This document shows, piece by piece, positions 27,786 to 36,430 of a stretch of DNA of 64,000 nucleotides (position 1 is its first letter; each line of letters opens with the position of its first letter). A program made the translations under genes and the position numbers. The notes beneath the pieces were generated by a model. The model did not search any database. It saw only the letters and a list, made by a program, of their open reading frames with translations, and was not told where the DNA came from. Origin of the DNA: an uncultured Bacteroides sp. (GTDB taxonomy: Bacteria; Bacteroidota; Bacteroidia; Bacteroidales; Muribaculaceae); contig CAZPHN010000002.1 in NCBI GenBank assembly GCA_964586765.1, positions 83,628 through 147,627 of the forward strand, in the 5' to 3' direction.

Positions 27786-28580
27786 ATGAAACGAATTTTA
27801 TCAATTTTCATCACCTGTGTTTTTGCACTCTGTGCTTTTGCGGACAATAGAGTGCCGTTAACAGTATTTTCATTCTCGACAAATCAGTATGAAAAATCAG
27901 TAGTTGACACATTAGTAGAAGGGAGTCGATTCAACATTATTCCAATACAGGTGTCTAACGGAGGCATAAATAAATCCGTTACAACATATAAAAATGCGCT
28001 TGATTCAATTCAAAAGAGCATATCTTTATATGTTGAATATGCGATTTTGGCTGCCGGAACTGTCGGCTCTGCTGCGGCAACGATTTGTGCGTCGGAGAGC
28101 AGTCCTAAATTCCTTGTTCTCATATCCGCCGTAGGTGTGGATGGTGCCGATATGGTAAAGCGGTTTTACACTTCCTCGACATTTTTTATTGAGCCCGAAT
28201 TATCATCATTCATGCGCAAAAGGATTCAGTCTGAGATAGCTTGCGGGAAAGTCGGCGACATAATCAATGAGGATTTTAAAGAATTGCTTGCATATCGTCC
28301 ATCTCAATTCCTCCGAATGATAAATTGCCCTACGTTCTGCGCATTTGGGACCGCTGATGCAGTTGTTGACTGGTATACAAACAGCATTGGTATGGATGAA
28401 GGTCTACCAGAGTCGGGACAGCATCTTATCCGTGTTTACACTCGTACAGGCTATTGTCTCAGAGAAAGTGATACTGACATAAACATCCCATTCTTTGGTG
28501 ATAAAAGGCAGCAGCCCTCAAAACTTAATCCCCAAGCCATAGCCGATATCACCTCTTGGATTTCAATTCATGAGGAATGA
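27786..28580 (+). CDS. Hypothetical secreted protein, possibly a degenerate alpha/beta-hydrolase fold
   Basis: 264 aa ORF with a signal peptide (FALCAFA). AAGTVGSAAA sits where a GxSxG elbow might be expected, and a GTADAVVD segment is present. The fold assignment is a guess. Confidence 0.45.
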   Translation: MKRILSIFITCVFALCAFADNRVPLTVFSFSTNQYEKSVVDTLVEGSRFNIIPIQVSNGGINKSVTTYKNALDSIQKSISLYVEYAILAAGTVGSAAATICASESSPKFLVLISAVGVDGADMVKRFYTSSTFFIEPELSSFMRKRIQSEIACGKVGDIINEDFKELLAYRPSQFLRMINCPTFCAFGTADAVVDWYTNSIGMDEGLPESGQHLIRVYTRTGYCLRESDTDINIPFFGDKRQQPSKLNPQAIADITSWISIHEE

Positions 28581-28584
28581 GGAC

Positions 28585-29289
28585 TTAGAGGAGATGGGAG
28601 TCATCGGCGTAGGAGTAGTAGGCGGAGGGGGTGACGATGAGGTGGTCGAGGACGCGGATGTCGAGGGTTTTGGCTCCGGCGAGGATTTTGCGGGTCAGTT
28701 CATCGTCCTGAAGCGACGGGCGCAGTTGTCCGCTGGGATGATTGTGGACCAGTGCGATTGTTGATGCCTGATGGTCAATGACCTTTTTGAATAGCAGCCG
28801 GATGTCGACCAAGGTGGCGGTGATGCCACCCTGACTGACGCGCTCGCATGCAATCGGCGCAAGCCGCTGATTGAGGATTATTATCCAGAATTCTTCGTGG
28901 GGGAGCCGCTCGAGGCGCGTGCGGATATATTCGTAGAGTGACTTTGAGCCGGAGATGGATTCAACCGCTTGGGCGCGCGCCATGGCTCCGCGCGCACGCA
29001 GTCCGAGCTCCAGAGCCGCGATAACGGTGATTGCCTTGGCGGGTCCCATGCCGGGAACCATCTTGGCGAGTGCCATAGGGGTGGTGCGGGCAAGACGGGC
29101 AAGGTCATTGTCATGCTTCTGGAGGATTTCGCGCGCCACGGAGAGCACACTCTTGCCGGCGGTGCCGACCCGCAGCAATATGGCGAGCAGCTCGGCGTCG
29201 GAGAGCACGCCTATGCCTTGACGCAACGCCTTTTCGCGAGGCTTGTCATCATCGGCGAGATAGCGCATCAGTTCGGCGTTGTCACTCAT
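28585..29289 (-). CDS. radC: RadC-family JAB-domain protein
   Basis: 234 aa ORF with LSDAELLAILLRVGTAGKSVL and the JAMM motif HNHPSG. Confidence 0.9.
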   Translation of the reverse strand: MSDNAELMRYLADDDKPREKALRQGIGVLSDAELLAILLRVGTAGKSVLSVAREILQKHDNDLARLARTTPMALAKMVPGMGPAKAITVIAALELGLRARGAMARAQAVESISGSKSLYEYIRTRLERLPHEEFWIIILNQRLAPIACERVSQGGITATLVDIRLLFKKVIDHQASTIALVHNHPSGQLRPSLQDDELTRKILAGAKTLDIRVLDHLIVTPSAYYSYADDSHLL

Positions 29290-30250
29290 TTTTGCCCTTT
29301 CGGATTTCGACTTCTGCCGCAGCGTTACGTCCGGTAATCATTGCTTTTATAAATCCGGCTCCATAGCCCCAAAGCTGAATGAAAGAGGCTGGAACGGCAT
29401 AGAGGGCAACCTTCAACCCGTCGGAAACGAGCGAGGAGATAAACAATGCCACCGCATATACCCCTAACGGCAGCAGCCACCACGGACTGACAAATATACC
29501 CATCAGGACAAGGAACAGCGAGCCAAGTAGGAACAGAGCCGGCAGGCAGTGGACCGCCTTGAGCGAACCGGGATAGAGCGTTTTGAGCGTTATGCGGCTC
29601 ATGCCGAATACGTAGACCTGACGGGCGAATTTACGCCATGACATGCGGCGCGCGTGATATACCGGAGCTTCGCGTATCAGTTCCATTCCGAAGCCTTCGC
29701 GGCGAATACGCATTGACATGTCGATATCTTCGCTGAACATTTCGCGGAAGCCGCCAACGCGGTCATATACTTGACGGCTGAATCCCATGTTGAAGGTGCG
29801 CGGAGTGAATTTTTCGAGCCTTATTTTGCCGCCGCGTATGCCTCCGGTGGTCAGGAAGGAGGTCATGGCAAAGTTGATGCCCTTCTGGAGTGTAGAAAAT
29901 GACTCATGGGCGGAGTCGGGACCGCCGAAACAGTCGGGCAGCGGCTGATTTGCGAGCAAAGTCTCGAAATATGTCGGCGGAATGATGCAGTCTGAATCAA
30001 AAAAGATGAAATAATCGCCCTCCGCGCGCTCCATGGCATAGTTTCTTGCTATGGAGCGACCCTCATTTTCTTTCCAGTAGTAGCGCACAAAGGGATAACG
30101 GGCACACACGTCGCCACAGGGAGCGGTCGAGCCGTCGTCGACGGCGACAACCTCAAAGCATCCCGGCGCGGTCTGGCGGCTGAGGCTTTCGAGCAGAGCC
30201 TCCATCTCGTCGGCACGGTTGTAGACGGGTATGATGACGCTGAACTTCAC
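29282..30250 (-). CDS. Family-2 glycosyltransferase with C-terminal TM helices
   Basis: 322 aa ORF with FSVIIPVYNRADEMEALLESL, VDDGS and FFDSDC motifs. Confidence 0.8.
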   Translation of the reverse strand: MKFSVIIPVYNRADEMEALLESLSRQTAPGCFEVVAVDDGSTAPCGDVCARYPFVRYYWKENEGRSIARNYAMERAEGDYFIFFDSDCIIPPTYFETLLANQPLPDCFGGPDSAHESFSTLQKGINFAMTSFLTTGGIRGGKIRLEKFTPRTFNMGFSRQVYDRVGGFREMFSEDIDMSMRIRREGFGMELIREAPVYHARRMSWRKFARQVYVFGMSRITLKTLYPGSLKAVHCLPALFLLGSLFLVLMGIFVSPWWLLPLGVYAVALFISSLVSDGLKVALYAVPASFIQLWGYGAGFIKAMITGRNAAAEVEIRKGKNE

Positions 30251-31362
30251 GACATTCTCGATTTATAGTCCTCGTAAGTGTACTCGCGGAGTATTTCCTG
30301 CGAGCCGTCGGCACGCTGAAGCACTATTGAGGGGTGCTGGATTCCGTTAAACATGGTGGTCTTGACAGTCGTATAATGGTTCATGTCCTCGAGGGTGAGC
30401 CGCTGACCCGGTCGGAGCGGAGCGTCAAACTGCCACGGACCGCAAAAATCGCCACTGAGACATGAGTTGCCGCCAAGGCGATAGGCATATGCGCCGTTTT
30501 CTGATGACTCTGATATTAGCGGTTGATATGGCATTTCGAGAGTATCAGGCATATGGCAGGCAAAGCTGGCGTCGATAATGGCGGTGGAGACCCCTTGGTT
30601 CTCAACAATATCGACTACGGAAGTTATCAAGTCGCCCGTACGCCATGTCCATGCCGACCCCGGCTCGAGAATGACCTTGACGCCGGGATGGCGTTCACGG
30701 AATCCGCGGAGAATTTCAACGACGCGGTCTGTATCATAGTCCGCCCGCGTCATCAGGTGTCCGCCTCCCATGTTTACCCACTTCATGCGGTCGATATGGT
30801 TGCCGAATTGCGATTCGAACGCTTCGAGCACCTTGGCAAGGTCTTCGGGCGAGCCTTCACATAGCGCGTGGAAATGAAGACCTTCAATGCCATCGGGGAG
30901 AACCTCGGGCATATCCTCCGGACTGACACCGAAGCGGCTGCCGGGCAGAGCAGGGTTATAAAGATCGGTCTCAACCACTGAGCAGCGCGGATTAACCCTC
31001 AGTCCGGCGGAAACTTTGCCTTCGCGAGCCTTCACTACGGGCAGGAAACGCTCCGCTTGGCTCAGGGAGTTGAAGGTGATATGCGTGGAGCCGTCAAGAT
31101 ACTTTTCGATGGTCTCCTCGGTATACGCCGGACAGTAACTATGGATTTCCGCACCGAGTTCCTCGCGTCCCAGTTGCAGCTCGTTGAGCGATGAAGCCGT
31201 TGCGTTCACGCCATATTCGCGTAAAATAGGGAATGAACGCCATAGCGCGTTCGCCTTGAAAGCCATGATAATCTCGACTCCCGCGCGTTCAGCTACCGAG
31301 CGGATAAGCTCGATGTTATGGCGCAGTTTCGTTTCGTAGACAATATAATAAGGTGTCTGCAT
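30247..31362 (-). CDS. nspC: Carboxynorspermidine decarboxylase
   Basis: 371 aa ORF with an alanine-racemase-fold PLP decarboxylase N-terminus (TPYYIVYETKLRHNIELI...IMAFKAN) and the typical length. Confidence 0.8.
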   Translation of the reverse strand: MQTPYYIVYETKLRHNIELIRSVAERAGVEIIMAFKANALWRSFPILREYGVNATASSLNELQLGREELGAEIHSYCPAYTEETIEKYLDGSTHITFNSLSQAERFLPVVKAREGKVSAGLRVNPRCSVVETDLYNPALPGSRFGVSPEDMPEVLPDGIEGLHFHALCEGSPEDLAKVLEAFESQFGNHIDRMKWVNMGGGHLMTRADYDTDRVVEILRGFRERHPGVKVILEPGSAWTWRTGDLITSVVDIVENQGVSTAIIDASFACHMPDTLEMPYQPLISESSENGAYAYRLGGNSCLSGDFCGPWQFDAPLRPGQRLTLEDMNHYTTVKTTMFNGIQHPSIVLQRADGSQEILREYTYEDYKSRMS

Positions 31363-31371
31363 CTGTTTTTT

Positions 31372-32454
31372 TCAGCAAAACTGATTGATTATTCGTGAAA
31401 TCTCCCTGACGTCATCGACCGACGTGGCGCGGCTTATCGGCAGGCTGACCACTTCGGCGCAGAGCCTTTCGGAAACCGGAAACTCCAATGACGCATACTC
31501 GCGGTAACAGGGCTGGCGGTGAATGGGGGTGGGGTAGTGGATTCCCGAGCCGACTCCACGCTCGGCAAGAAACTTGCGGAACTCATCGCGACGGCGGTCG
31601 GCAACGCGAACCACGTACTGATGCCATACATGCTCACGGGGGTCTGACGGCATTTGTGGCACGGTTATGAGCGGATTCGTGATTTCTTGGTCATAAACCG
31701 TCGCTTTTTCGCGCCGGAAAGCGTTTTCTGTGTCGGTATGGGGCAATTTTACGCGCAAAAACGCCGCCTGAATAGGGTCAAGTCGGCAATTCAGCCCCTG
31801 ATATATATTTTCATACTGCCGCAGCGACCCGTAATTGCGCAGCGCGCGGATAACCTCCGCCAGTTCGGCTTCATCGGTCGTGACAGCTCCGGCATCGCCC
31901 AATGCTCCTACATTCTTCGTGGGATAGAACGAAAACGCTGCGGCATGACCCGTCCGCCCGGAGTTTTTTGCGCCGATAGACTGACAGGCGTCCTCTATAA
32001 TGATAAAATCGCGCTTGAACTCTTCGGGAACGGCACACACGTGCCCGTAAAGGTCAACCGGCATTATGACGCGCGTGCGCTCGGTCAGCGGCAGCCGCTT
32101 CCAGTCGAGATTCATAGTCATCGGGTCGGCGTCGGCAAACCTGATTTTCAGTCCCGCCTGACTTGTGGCGAGGGCGGATGCTACAAAAGAATTATCGGGC
32201 ACAATGACTTCATCGCCCTCCTGAAGACGCCCCAATTCCCTGTAGGCAAGAAGAATAAGGCGTAGGGCGTCCAGTCCGTTGCTTATTCCAATGGCAAACT
32301 CCGTCTGACAGATGGACGCCATTTCCGTTTCAAAGAGCTTAACCTCGTCGCCACCAATGTATTGACCCGATGTGATTACGCGGGTAGCGGCTTCCACAAG
32401 GTCTGTCATATACGGACTGTTTGACGGTCCGAGCTCAAGAAACGGATATTTCAT
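31372..32454 (-). CDS. DegT/DnrJ/EryC1/StrS-family sugar aminotransferase (FdtB/WecE-like)
   Basis: 360 aa ORF with GGDEVKLFETEMA, SNGLDALRL and FSFYPTKNVGALGDAGAV (PLP lysine) motifs. Confidence 0.85.
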   Translation of the reverse strand: MKYPFLELGPSNSPYMTDLVEAATRVITSGQYIGGDEVKLFETEMASICQTEFAIGISNGLDALRLILLAYRELGRLQEGDEVIVPDNSFVASALATSQAGLKIRFADADPMTMNLDWKRLPLTERTRVIMPVDLYGHVCAVPEEFKRDFIIIEDACQSIGAKNSGRTGHAAAFSFYPTKNVGALGDAGAVTTDEAELAEVIRALRNYGSLRQYENIYQGLNCRLDPIQAAFLRVKLPHTDTENAFRREKATVYDQEITNPLITVPQMPSDPREHVWHQYVVRVADRRRDEFRKFLAERGVGSGIHYPTPIHRQPCYREYASLEFPVSERLCAEVVSLPISRATSVDDVREISRIINQFC

Positions 32455-33350
32455 AATTTTGTATGTGTAAGACGTTTGAATTCGTCAAAATCGCGGACAT
32501 AGTCCTCCTCGGCAAAGTTTTCTGACGTAAGGACAAGGCAGATTGCCCCGGATGAGAAATTGTCAATTTCGCGCCATATTCCCGGAGGAACCAGAAGTCC
32601 GCGATAAGGACGGTTGAGAAAGAAATCCTGTTTTTGTTTACCGTCTGACAGCGAGACAACAAACGACCCTGCCGCAGCGACAATCAACGAGTAGTTTCCT
32701 CGGTGGGCATGCCCTCCGCGGCTTGCATCGCCCGGAATATCATAGAGATAATAAACGCGCTTAATGGGGAAGGGAAGGTTGGCGTCGTTAGCGTTCTGCT
32801 CGAAAGTGAGTGAGCCGTTAGGGTGAATGATGCGTGGAAGGTCAATGATTTTGCAGTTTTCGACAGAGCTGTAAGTGAAAACTTCATCGGAGCTCTCGGA
32901 GCTTTCGGAGAACTCGGAGAACTCCGAGCTCTCCGGGTTCTCTCCGAGCTTAGAGAGCTCGGAGATTTCCTCGATGTAGTCGGCGGGGTCGTAGAGCGTG
33001 GAGGAAATCACCATCGCCACTGAGTTGGTCGAAAAGTTGCGCAGCGCGCGCCATGTCCCGGCGGGAACATATAGCCCGTAGTAGCTGCGCGAAAGGTGGT
33101 GGGTGATTTCAAGTCCGTCGGGGTCGGTCAGCACTACGTCAAACGAGCCACTGAGGGCAACAATCAGCTCCTCGGCGCGACGGAAGGCATGACCATGACG
33201 TTCGCGTCCGCCGGGAACGTCATAAATCCAATAGACACGCTGGGGCGAAAAAGGGAGCACCCCCGTCCGGGAATGTTCGATGAACGACAGATTGCCGCGC
33301 TGATCCTCGATTCGGGGAATACGGATAATCTCAGCCCTCTTTTTCGGCAT
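32451..33350 (-). CDS. Fusion of two FdtA/WxcM-like cupin (sugar 3,4-ketoisomerase-type) domains joined by a Ser/Glu-rich repeat linker
   Basis: 299 aa ORF. Domain 1 runs from IIRIPRIEDQRGNLSFIE to ADYIEEISELSKL. Domain 2 runs from KIIDLPRIIHPNGSLTFEQ to EDYVRDFDEFKRL. The linker is GENPESSEFSEFSESSESSDE. Confidence 0.75.
   Translation of the reverse strand: MPKKRAEIIRIPRIEDQRGNLSFIEHSRTGVLPFSPQRVYWIYDVPGGRERHGHAFRRAEELIVALSGSFDVVLTDPDGLEITHHLSRSYYGLYVPAGTWRALRNFSTNSVAMVISSTLYDPADYIEEISELSKLGENPESSEFSEFSESSESSDEVFTYSSVENCKIIDLPRIIHPNGSLTFEQNANDANLPFPIKRVYYLYDIPGDASRGGHAHRGNYSLIVAAAGSFVVSLSDGKQKQDFFLNRPYRGLLVPPGIWREIDNFSSGAICLVLTSENFAEEDYVRDFDEFKRLTHTKL
32886..32966. repeat. Intragenic copy of the CTCGGAG/CTCCGAG repeat module, encoding the inter-domain linker
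   Basis: The + strand reads atcggagctctcggagctttcggagaactcggagaactccgagctctccgggttctctccgagcttagagagctcggag. The units are the same as at 2687-2708 and 58815-58850. Confidence 0.8.
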
Positions 33351-33918
33351 TGTGGATGGGGTCGATAACGTCAGTTATGGCGTTGAAAATCTGCTCTATG
33401 TCGCCGCTGCCGTTAATGGGATAGTAGGCAAGGCGGCGGTTATAGTATTCCTTAAGCGGCTGGGTCTGACGGTGATAAACCTCAAGGCGTTTTGCAATGG
33501 TGGCGGCGTTGTCATCGGCGCGCCCTGACGCCTTGCCGCGGTTAATCATACGCTCCGTAAGCTCCTCTTCAGGCACTTCCAGACCTACTACGGCGTCAAC
33601 CTTGGTGCCGCGCTTTTCGAGCAGCTTGGTCAGCTCCTCTGCCTGAGGGATGGTGCGCGGAAAGCCGTCGAAAATGACACCTTTGGCTTCGGGATGCGCG
33701 TCAAGCTCTTTTGAGAGAATGTCAAGCATCAGCTCGTCGGGAATAAGATTGCCGCGCGAAATCAGCGCATCGGCAACTTTACCTAACTCGGTTCCACGGG
33801 CAATGTGGTCACGAAGCAGTTCGCCGGTTGAAATATGATGGAGCCCATATCGCTCCACTATGCGTTCGCTTTGGGTTCCCTTTCCGCTTCCGGGAGCACC
33901 GAAAATTACTAAATTCAT
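33331..33918 (-). CDS. adk: Adenylate kinase
   Basis: 195 aa ORF with a P-loop (IFGAPGSGKGTQ) and HISTGELLR. Confidence 0.93.
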   Translation of the reverse strand: MNLVIFGAPGSGKGTQSERIVERYGLHHISTGELLRDHIARGTELGKVADALISRGNLIPDELMLDILSKELDAHPEAKGVIFDGFPRTIPQAEELTKLLEKRGTKVDAVVGLEVPEEELTERMINRGKASGRADDNAATIAKRLEVYHRQTQPLKEYYNRRLAYYPINGSGDIEQIFNAITDVIDPIHNAEKEG

Positions 33919-33947
33919 ATCGTTTAAGGCTAAAAAATTACGTATTA

Positions 33948-34502
33948 TCAGTTCTCCTCATCCGCCAATACGTAAATATCGCGGAGGTTGCGCGCCTGAC
34001 CGTCAAGGTCAAGTCCGAAACCTATAATGAACTTGGGCGGAATTGTGAAACCGATATAATCCGGATGGATATCTACTTGGAGACTTTCAGGTTTGAACAG
34101 CAGGGTGGCAACCTTGACATCGGCGGGATTCATGGCGCGAAGGTCTGCGAGAAATTTCTGCATGGTGCGACCTGTGTCAATGATATCCTCAACCACGATT
34201 ACAGGTCGACCTTCAACCGGTTCGGTCAGTCCGATAACCTGACGGACCTTTCCGGTCGATTCTGTGCCGGAATAGGAACTGAGGCGCACAAAGGCAATCT
34301 CAGCGTCGCAGTCAAGCGCACGGAAAAGGTCGGCGGCAAAGGGGAACGCACCGTTGAGCACACAGATAATCAGCGGGTTCTGTCCGCTATACTTTTCCGT
34401 GATGTCGGCGGCAATCGCTCCAATGCGGTCTGCAATTTCCTGTGCCGTAATAAATGGTTTGAACGTCAGTCCTTTATAAGTTACAGTTTTCATTGCTTGC
34501 AT
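33948..34502 (-). CDS. hpt: Hypoxanthine phosphoribosyltransferase
   Basis: 184 aa ORF with the PRPP motif VIVVEDIIDTGRT. Confidence 0.9.
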   Translation of the reverse strand: MQAMKTVTYKGLTFKPFITAQEIADRIGAIAADITEKYSGQNPLIICVLNGAFPFAADLFRALDCDAEIAFVRLSSYSGTESTGKVRQVIGLTEPVEGRPVIVVEDIIDTGRTMQKFLADLRAMNPADVKVATLLFKPESLQVDIHPDYIGFTIPPKFIIGFGLDLDGQARNLRDIYVLADEEN

Positions 34503-34564
34503 AAATATTTTGACAAAGTTACATAAATTTCGCCATTTATGATAAATTTTGCCCGAAAATAATG

Positions 34565-34609
34565 CAAAAAAAAGGAAAAACCGGACAGAGTATGCTGACC
34601 TCTGTCCGG
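34565..34609 (-). terminator. Rho-independent terminator of tpx
   Basis: CCGGACAGAG...CTCTGTCCGG forms a 10-bp stem (34581-34609). It is followed on the minus strand by a TTTTTCCTTTTTTTT run. Confidence 0.8.
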
Positions 34610-34658
34610 ATTAACTGCAAAGTATGAAAAAATTTAATCTGTTGCCAAAAGGGGATTT

Positions 34659-35168
34659 TTACTTGATGGCGCGTGCGGCGGCAAGAGCTGCGCGATAGTC
34701 AGGTTCGGTCGATACTTCATCAACGAGCTGTTCGTAGACAATGCGACGGTCACCGTCAACTACAATTACGGCGCGTGCCAGCAGTCCTGCCAGAGGACCG
34801 TCAATTATCTGCAAACCGTATTTCTGTGAGAACATGGGGCAGCGGAATGCCGAAGCGACAATTACGTTGTCGATGCCTTCTGCGGCACAGAAACGCTTGG
34901 CGGCGAAAGGAAGGTCCATGGAGACGTTGATTACGGTAACGTCAGGAATGGATGCTGCCTCTTGGTTAAACTTGCGTACGGAGGTAGCGCATACTTCGGT
35001 ATCGAGGCTGGGAAAGACGTTCAGTATGAGTTTACGGCCCTGAAATTCAGTGCAGCGGATTTCTTTGAGATTTGTGTCGACAAGGGTGAAACAAGGTGCT
35101 TTTTCGCCGACGGGAGGCAGTGTGCCGTAAGTGTGGATGGGATTGCCCTGAAAGTAGATGGTTTCCAT
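34659..35168 (-). CDS. tpx: Thiol peroxidase
   Basis: 169 aa ORF with LILNVFPSLDTEVCATSVRKFN and AKRFCAAEGI motifs. Confidence 0.9.
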   Translation of the reverse strand: METIYFQGNPIHTYGTLPPVGEKAPCFTLVDTNLKEIRCTEFQGRKLILNVFPSLDTEVCATSVRKFNQEAASIPDVTVINVSMDLPFAAKRFCAAEGIDNVIVASAFRCPMFSQKYGLQIIDGPLAGLLARAVIVVDGDRRIVYEQLVDEVSTEPDYRAALAAARAIK

Positions 35169-35192
35169 AGTTGAGTGAGGTTATAGAGATGA

Positions 35193-36305
35193 TTATAGTT
35201 GCATTATCATCTGTATAACGTCAGTACGGGTGTCTTTGTTCAGACCTATGATAAGGTTTGCTACGGTTCCGTCGGGACGGCATGCCAGAATTACGGGTAG
35301 AGCGGCTGCCCCGCAGTCGGCTGCGAGTGATTTCGCTCCGATTACCGCCGTCTCCCCCTGACGGAGCGTTCCGAGCAGGTCAGTGGCGGAATCAGGATTG
35401 CGTTCGGCGCATGCCCAGATTACGTCTGCGTCAACCGGGCAGCTGTCAATCGCGTTGCGTATGTCGTCAACCAGCTGCGGCGCAAGTGCCGACTGTGACT
35501 CAAGCAGTACGACGAGTGTTGGCTGACGGAACTTATCGTCCGCGGCATGTGTCATGCGTCCGCGACCGTCAGCAAGCTGAAGCGAGAACGCCGGCAGCGG
35601 TTCGCCGCGCATATGTTCGATGGCGAAATTGCTCTGACGGTAGTGGGTGAACGCTTCAGGATAGCGGGTGCGCAGCAAAGTCTCATCGATATCGTTAAGG
35701 TCATACATGGCGCGAGAGTAGCGGGCATAAACCTGCTGTGAAGAGATTGCTCCCGGGTTATAGTCGGCGGAGTAAGTCAGCGGACGCATGCTTTCCGGGT
35801 CAAATGTCCAACGCAGTTCCGCATCAATCTCTCCGCCGGTCATACGGTCGGCACTGACCGTTATTTCGGTTGTTCCCGGAGTGACGGTCACGGCGTAACG
35901 GTCAGGATTGTCAGCCATTTCGCGAAATTGGGCGGCAATACGTTCGGGTAGCAGTTCGGTAAATTGTGCCCGCGGCGGGTTCTGACGGTCCCAGCCCGAG
36001 TGAATTTCCTGCAGACGGCGGTTTCGGAACGAATAGAAATTGCCGTCAAACTGTGAGGTCCATCCCTCCTGACCTGCCGAGGGTACTTTCCAATCAATCA
36101 GCCACGCGTCAGTGCGGGGTACGCGGAGCGTCACCTCATATACAATGTCATCGTCGTTTTGAGGCAAGGTTATCGAATATTCAACTTTTGCTGCATAAGG
36201 AGTAAGAGAATCCAGAGCGGCGGCAATATCGACCGCCCTCTGAGCCGTCAGGCCCAGAGGTGGCATAATAAGGGTTAATAATAAGAAATAATTCCCGAGT
36301 CTCAT
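35193..36305 (-). CDS. Hypothetical secreted protein whose C-terminal part looks like a TlpA/thioredoxin fold without CxxC
   Basis: 370 aa ORF with a signal peptide. The C-terminal segment LPAFSLQLADGRGR...PTLVVLLESQSALAPQLVDDI...LPVILACRPDGTVA has SQSA where CxxC would sit. Confidence 0.45.
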   Translation of the reverse strand: MRLGNYFLLLTLIMPPLGLTAQRAVDIAAALDSLTPYAAKVEYSITLPQNDDDIVYEVTLRVPRTDAWLIDWKVPSAGQEGWTSQFDGNFYSFRNRRLQEIHSGWDRQNPPRAQFTELLPERIAAQFREMADNPDRYAVTVTPGTTEITVSADRMTGGEIDAELRWTFDPESMRPLTYSADYNPGAISSQQVYARYSRAMYDLNDIDETLLRTRYPEAFTHYRQSNFAIEHMRGEPLPAFSLQLADGRGRMTHAADDKFRQPTLVVLLESQSALAPQLVDDIRNAIDSCPVDADVIWACAERNPDSATDLLGTLRQGETAVIGAKSLAADCGAAALPVILACRPDGTVANLIIGLNKDTRTDVIQMIMQL

Positions 36306-36430
36306 AAAATAAATAGTTATTACACCAGTATAACGCCGCGCTCTCCCAAAAAGTTTTAATTCTCCCGAAAAGATATTGTAATTTGATTGAAAAATTATTA
36401 CTTTTGCACTTAAAATTGGGCATACCCACC

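Noticed and set aside
28578-28587. Only 4 nt separate the convergent stop codons of the island's last gene and radC, with no terminator hairpin. I considered this as an assembly artefact or gene truncation.
   Set aside because: Both ORFs end with complete, family-consistent C-termini. RadC ends after the JAB domain. Tight convergent packing is unusual but not evidence of error.
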